Position numbers and translations under genes: made by a program. From NCBI GenBank assembly GCA_046116545.1, contig CP175956.1, positions 1,170,912 to 1,234,911 of the forward strand: DNA of 64,000 bases, written 5' to 3'. Source of the stretch: Candidatus Moraniibacteriota bacterium (GTDB taxonomy: Bacteria; Patescibacteriota; Minisyncoccia; Moranbacterales; GCA-2747515). The notes below the pieces were generated by a model that saw only the letters and a program-made list of their open reading frames with translations, searched no databases and was not told where the DNA came from. Of the stretch, positions 59,641 to 64,000 are shown piece by piece; position 1 is the stretch's first letter; the number at the start of each line of letters is the position of its first letter.

Positions 59641-60564
59641 TTAAATTTGAGCTTTTAATTCTTCAAACTTTACAAGTCCCTGACTCTTCCAGCCCTTAAT
59701 CTTGAGCCATGCTTTCTGAGTCCATGTGGGCTGTGGTGAAAAGTCTTCCGAAGACATTCCTTTTAAGATATCTTTGGTAGCATCAACCATTTCAGCAACA
59801 TCTACTGAATACTGAGCTGATGAATCAAACACAGCAACTACAGGCATCATAACAGTTGATACTTCTCCGAATCCAGGAATAGTAACCTTTCCAGCTTTGA
59901 GACCCTCTTTAATCAAAGAGCGCGACAATACACCGGTAACCTTCAGTTTTTCCTTGTCAATTGCCTGCATCAGCTTGGAATACGGATTAGGATATCGCGA
60001 TACAAACCCAACCATATTAGGATTGGACTTCAGAGCGTTTAAAAAATCAGCTTCTGATGTAAAGCTTTGAATGCGTGATTTATCCAATCCATGCGAAATG
60101 GCAAAAGAGGCTTCTCCACTATCCATCCCACCCAGGACTGCCAATCTCAGTCGCTTCATGTTCAAGAGTGTTTCCCATGTGCGAAGTTTTGACTTGGATC
60201 CAAGAAATGTAATAGTTTTTTCCTGTCCGACAAGCAACATAGCCTCTGAAAATGGTGCTATCATCACATCATTCATGCCTTCTGCTTCGGCAACTTTTTG
60301 CATTGCCCAGCCAAAATGAAGATTTCCAGCTTTTACATTATCACAATTAAATTTACTTCCACCTGGGGAACCCACTTCAATTGGGATCAGTTGTTCTTCA
60401 GCCTTCTGCTTGAGAATATTGGCGGTTCGATAAAACTCACCAGTTTCTCCACCTGAACCAAAACAAACAACTCCATCAGGACAAGCTGCCATAGCCATTG
60501 AAGCCGCTGTAAATACAAACGCCACTGCTGTGACCGCCACTGTCTTTAATAAGTCTCTTTTCAT
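59641..60564 (-). CDS. Periplasmic solute-binding protein, TAXI-family TRAP receptor-like
   Basis: Lipoprotein-like signal (AMAAC); CFGSGGETGEFY resembles the TAXI GGTGGTYY motif; strong GGAGG Shine-Dalgarno 9 nt upstream. Confidence 0.4.
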   Translation of the reverse strand: MKRDLLKTVAVTAVAFVFTAASMAMAACPDGVVCFGSGGETGEFYRTANILKQKAEEQLIPIEVGSPGGSKFNCDNVKAGNLHFGWAMQKVAEAEGMNDVMIAPFSEAMLLVGQEKTITFLGSKSKLRTWETLLNMKRLRLAVLGGMDSGEASFAISHGLDKSRIQSFTSEADFLNALKSNPNMVGFVSRYPNPYSKLMQAIDKEKLKVTGVLSRSLIKEGLKAGKVTIPGFGEVSTVMMPVVAVFDSSAQYSVDVAEMVDATKDILKGMSSEDFSPQPTWTQKAWLKIKGWKSQGLVKFEELKAQI

Positions 60565-60827
60565 CTTTTCAAACCTCCAGTTTGAGAATAATGTTTATTG
60601 ACACAATGCCAACATAAAAAATTGTAAAATCTACTTTATCGAATTATGAAATTTCTTCACATCGAAATATTATCCTAGTATACTTTACTTTTCTTGTCAA
60701 GTATTTTTTATAGATTTTCTTATATAAATTAATTTTTATTTTTCATCCTACTGCAATAAAAAAAGCAAGAAGAAAAATTTCTCCTTGCCTCAATATTGTG
60801 CGAATTATTCGCTTTTCATTATCTTTT

Positions 60828-61544
60828 TTAAACAGGTGTAGCTGAGATAACCTTTGGATATACTCCGAAAGCTCTAAGCCATCTTATCCCATAAACTCTA
60901 ATTTTCAATCTTCTGTCTTGGGTAAATTCATCCCAAAGCAATGTACGCTCAAATCTTAAAGCAAAAACTTCAACTTCCCGCAACTTCACTGTAAATTTTT
61001 TGCCATCGTCAGGTTTCACGGTTACGTTAAACTTAGACCCCGTATCTTCTGGCTTACCCACCGTCACATCATATTCATAATAAAATACATGTATAGCAAG
61101 TGGTTGCCATAATACAGCAGCAGCAAGAAGTACTATTAAAACCGTTTTAGTTTTCTTGTATTTCTGCAGTCTGTCTATTGATCCATACAACATAACAGCA
61201 ACTGTTAATACTGCTACAGGAACAGTCCAAGCTGGTTCAAAATAAAACATCATCAGTAAAAAACCCATGAGTACTACAGTAGCTGTAGTCTGAAATCTAT
61301 ATTCAGCTAAACTCTCAATTGCGTAAGGCAATATCACAGCTGCCAATACAATCGTAACTAAAGATGCTATGATTGGATACATCATTGCTACAGCAATCAA
61401 TGCACCTACAATGGCAAGTATTACTATCCATTGCTTTTTACTAAGCGATTTCACTGAATCCCATAGTTCTCCACCCTTTACTTGTGCCGAACTAGCAAAA
61501 GTAACTGCCCTAGCCTTACTTCCTTCAAACCAACTATTTTGCAT
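60828..61544 (-). CDS. Polytopic membrane protein, unknown
   Basis: 238 aa; about 4-5 TM, then a soluble C-terminal domain. Confidence 0.45.
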   Translation of the reverse strand: MQNSWFEGSKARAVTFASSAQVKGGELWDSVKSLSKKQWIVILAIVGALIAVAMMYPIIASLVTIVLAAVILPYAIESLAEYRFQTTATVVLMGFLLMMFYFEPAWTVPVAVLTVAVMLYGSIDRLQKYKKTKTVLIVLLAAAVLWQPLAIHVFYYEYDVTVGKPEDTGSKFNVTVKPDDGKKFTVKLREVEVFALRFERTLLWDEFTQDRRLKIRVYGIRWLRAFGVYPKVISATPV

Positions 61545-61870
61545 AGCGTCTCCTTTCTCCCTTTTATATTTCTTATGAGTACTACCCTACATTAACTATA
61601 TGTTAAATGACTTTGCAACATCAATCTATCGCAATAACAAATCGACAGATAACCATATCATGTAATACCCACTTAGTCAATATACTTTATCACCAACTGA
61701 AAAACTTTAGGAATTTAATAAGTAAAAAAATCTACTAGACAATTCTTGCATCTCCTTTTACAAAATGATTGAGAATTCTTTACTTTACATACCATGGATT
61801 AAAAAAATTAATCACTCTTTTAAAGAGTAATTAATTAAAAAAATGATAATACTACATTTTTTTGATATAA

Positions 61871-62170
61871 CTATGCTATAAATATATCCTGAACAATTCC
61901 TTCTTTTTCTTCAAAATCAACACCCCGCGTATTAAGTGCCTCAATCATCTTATCACCAAATTTACCTGCGATAATTTTATCAACTGACTTATCTGCTAGC
62001 ATTTTAGCAACTCCCAATCCTGCACCTCCCCCTCCTGTGCTAAATGGATTTTTTATTGTTTCAAGTAAAGTTCCATTTTCATCAAAAATTAAAAAGAATG
62101 GTGCACGTCCTGCTTGTGAAGATACTGTGGAATCTATATTTTTATCCATTGATCCAACTGCAATTTTCAT
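61871..62170 (-). CDS. NifB/NifX-family (dinitrogenase FeMo-cofactor-binding-like, MTH1175-like) small protein
   Basis: 99 aa; MKIAV.S...LD..V....GRAP.F.IFD.......E..KN pattern and a central GGGAG loop. Confidence 0.55.
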   Translation of the reverse strand: MKIAVGSMDKNIDSTVSSQAGRAPFFLIFDENGTLLETIKNPFSTGGGGAGLGVAKMLADKSVDKIIAGKFGDKMIEALNTRGVDFEEKEGIVQDIFIA

Positions 62171-62694
62171 ACTTTATTCGCCTCCTCTCCTTTTTTCAAT
62201 ATTTGCCTTACAACAATGCCATTAATAACTGAAAATATAATAATATATATACTTAATACTACTGTAAAAGCAAGTCCAAAATAATAAATCATCATTGGCA
62301 AAAGTGGTAATTTAATAGACCTACTATAAAGAAATGCTGCTAAAAAAGAATCTTTCACTCCTTTTTCTTTCAAATCTGAAAGAAGTGGAAACCACATATA
62401 AATCGGACCAGATGATATAATACCACTTACAATTGCGATAACCCAACCACGTATTTTTTTACTATGGCCTAAATGCGTAACTAACATATCTGTTGTTACA
62501 AATATATTAAATATAAACATCAAACCAAAAACAATAATTACTGTTGGCATAATTTGCTTAAATGTTTGCCAAAAAAATGTAAGTGATTCCTGAAATAGCA
62601 TCATATCTACAAAAGCAAGTCCACCATAAAGGCAAGCTACAAAAATAAGTAGCCACCACTTTCCCTCCACATTGTGTATTAATGCACGAATCAT
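62167..62694 (-). CDS. Membrane permease subunit (second half of a split DUF318/ArsP-like permease), tentative
   Basis: 175 aa, about 5 TM; 4-nt overlaps with both neighbouring genes. Confidence 0.35.
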   Translation of the reverse strand: MIRALIHNVEGKWWLLIFVACLYGGLAFVDMMLFQESLTFFWQTFKQIMPTVIIVFGLMFIFNIFVTTDMLVTHLGHSKKIRGWVIAIVSGIISSGPIYMWFPLLSDLKEKGVKDSFLAAFLYSRSIKLPLLPMMIYYFGLAFTVVLSIYIIIFSVINGIVVRQILKKGEEANKV

Positions 62695-63116
62695 AGTAAA
62701 TTAAGAGTAATAACAGTTAAAAAAGAAATAATAATTGCACTCACAAAACTAGCAATATTACGTGTCCAAGTGAATCTCTTACCCATCATGACAATCTCAG
62801 CTGGAATCTGCACCGTACCCACTGTAACCCAAGTCAAAATAAACGCTGTAACAGCAATCAAACTTACACCATTATTCAAAAGCTCACCACCTATAACATA
62901 ACTAGTCATGGGATTACCCGCAGCAATACTTCCCACAGCAGCTCCCAAAAATGCATCAACAACCTTATTTCCAATAAAAAACTGCGTATACATATCATCA
63001 GGCACCACAGTAATTATAAAACTAGTCAACAACAAAATACCAACCAAAGTCGGAAACGACATCTTAATTGCACCAAATGTTTGCTTTGCAGCTTTTTTAA
63101 CTCTCACTTTTTTCAT
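62691..63116 (-). CDS. Membrane permease subunit (first half of a split DUF318/ArsP-like permease), tentative
   Basis: 141 aa, about 4 TM; VGSIAAGNPMTSYVIGGELLNNG resembles the DUF318 loop but without the Cys residues. Confidence 0.35.
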   Translation of the reverse strand: MKKVRVKKAAKQTFGAIKMSFPTLVGILLLTSFIITVVPDDMYTQFFIGNKVVDAFLGAAVGSIAAGNPMTSYVIGGELLNNGVSLIAVTAFILTWVTVGTVQIPAEIVMMGKRFTWTRNIASFVSAIIISFLTVITLNLL

Positions 63117-63126
63117 AAATATACAT

Positions 63127-63154
63127 TGTCATTCCCGCGTAGGCGGGAATCTAG
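63127..63154. repeat. Short hairpin form of the palindromic repeat family
   Basis: tgtcattcccgcgtaggcgggaatctag; 9-bp GC-rich stem. Confidence 0.5.
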
Positions 63155-63189
63155 GACATTATAAATAATTTACAAATATTTCACTACAG

Positions 63190-63996
63190 TTATTGTTTAT
63201 TTCTTATCCAATACCTTTTAATAAAAGGTAACGATAATGTAGATAAAAGATATCCACCCGTCGGTACAAGTGCATTTAAATATGCATCATCCACACCAAT
63301 GCTCCACATAAACCAAACTGCAATTAAATATGTAACACCAGCAATAAAACCACGTCTCATAAAACTTGTTTCCCACGCTTTATTTAATTCTACTCTTTCA
63401 TTCCTTTCTTGTACATCAGCTAATTGTTCTTGAATATTATCCATATTTTTTATATTTAATATTTTATACAAATCGTTTTTTACTTGTTCACTGTTTTCAA
63501 ATATAATACCCTTCATGCCTACACTCTTTGCTCCATCTATAAATTCAGATTTATCATCAATAAAAACACTCTCCTCAGGCAAAATATCCATTCTATTACA
63601 AATCATTTGATAAATTTCTCTATCTGGCTTTGCAATGCGCTCTACACATGAAAAAACCTTCTCATCAAAATATTTTTCATAATTATTCTTTTTCCAATAT
63701 TCTACTGCCGGCATTTCAGTATTTGAAAGAAATCCGATTTTATAACCTTGTTCTTTCAATCTTTCTATTAACTCAAACATCTCTACCTTCTCATTAAAGA
63801 CTTCTTCCACAGCATCACCCCACAATGAATCTACACTTGGCATATCAATATCCAATTCACTACATACTATCTGCCAAAATTCATATTCTGTAATATCACC
63901 ACGAGCAAAATCATCAAAACCTTTTTGACGTGCAACATTATAATTTTCAACTTTCACATCCAAAACATCTGCACAATACTTGTCCATCTTCCCCAA
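63190..63996 (-). CDS. HAD-superfamily hydrolase-like domain fused to a C-terminal two-TM region; probably 5'-truncated by the window edge
   Basis: LSNTEMPAVEYW...VFIDDKSEFIDGAKSVGMKG resembles HAD motifs II-IV; the N-terminal DxD motif I is absent, which suggests the true start lies beyond position 64000. Confidence 0.45.
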   Translation of the reverse strand: MGKMDKYCADVLDVKVENYNVARQKGFDDFARGDITEYEFWQIVCSELDIDMPSVDSLWGDAVEEVFNEKVEMFELIERLKEQGYKIGFLSNTEMPAVEYWKKNNYEKYFDEKVFSCVERIAKPDREIYQMICNRMDILPEESVFIDDKSEFIDGAKSVGMKGIIFENSEQVKNDLYKILNIKNMDNIQEQLADVQERNERVELNKAWETSFMRRGFIAGVTYLIAVWFMWSIGVDDAYLNALVPTGGYLLSTLSLPFIKRYWIRNKQ

Positions 63997-64000
63997 AGTT

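Noticed and set aside
53461-61544. A type IV secretion or conjugative-transfer-like system, suggested by the many TM and coiled-coil proteins
   Set aside because: No VirB4, VirB11 or VirD4-type ATPase, relaxase or pilin is recognisable; P-loop motifs are absent from all ORFs in the block
1-64000. An alternative genetic code with UGA reassignment
   Set aside because: Long ORFs close on standard stops (TAA and TAG were checked at several gene ends), and conserved proteins (UvrB, MurJ, HtpX) have full length under code 11
1-64000. tRNA or rRNA genes
   Set aside because: No T-loop-like GTTCRANNC with matching acceptor stems was found by eye in the intergenic regions. I cannot exclude a tRNA without tRNAscan, so none is reported

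Overview
This is an AT-rich bacterial window with nearly all genes on the minus strand from about 9 kb onward. Its gene content resembles small-genome Patescibacteria/CPR-like organisms: MurJ, a FemAB-family protein, a Mur-ligase-family protein, a probable DUF4012 protein, and giant repeat-rich surface proteins. That placement rests on gene content alone and cannot be confirmed without a search.

- **Housekeeping calls:** a partial pyruvate kinase at the 5' edge, HtpX and LemA, an AI-2E transporter, an M16 peptidase, UvrB, MurJ, and RNase P RNA (rnpB, minus strand about 46790-47157). The rnpB call rests on both conserved P4 strands; a + strand ORF there is spurious.
- **Giant proteins:** a 3101-aa secreted protein (9567-18872) combines phage tail-fibre-like GIGT motifs, duplicated discoidin-like domains, a Gly-rich domain and beta-propeller-like tandem repeats. 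A 1485-aa protein (23756-28213) carries eight SBBP-type repeats.
- **Sulfate-activation operon (28293-33999):** cysD-cysN sit with two membrane-anchored alkaline-phosphatase-superfamily enzymes.
- **Surface-glycan or protein-glycosylation-like locus (34086-46762):** MurJ, a probable DUF4012 protein, three GT4 glycosyltransferases, a Wzz-like protein, a DUF360 holin-family protein, a priming sugar transferase, and an 855-aa protein with a cadherin-like domain plus eight EAR/EPTP-like propeller repeats.
- **Uncharacterized block (about 49-61.5 kb):** membrane and coiled-coil proteins with acidic tails, a four-gene membrane operon with unannotated mini-ORFs, a K+-channel-like protein with a TVGLGD filter, and a TAXI-like binding protein. 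Composition looks different from the rest, most genes carry a strong intrinsic terminator, and the block lies between copies of a palindromic TTCCGGAA-core repeat family. Five copies of that family are present, all intergenic.

No CRISPR, rRNA or obvious tRNA was seen. Functional calls come from motif recognition by eye, without database searches.
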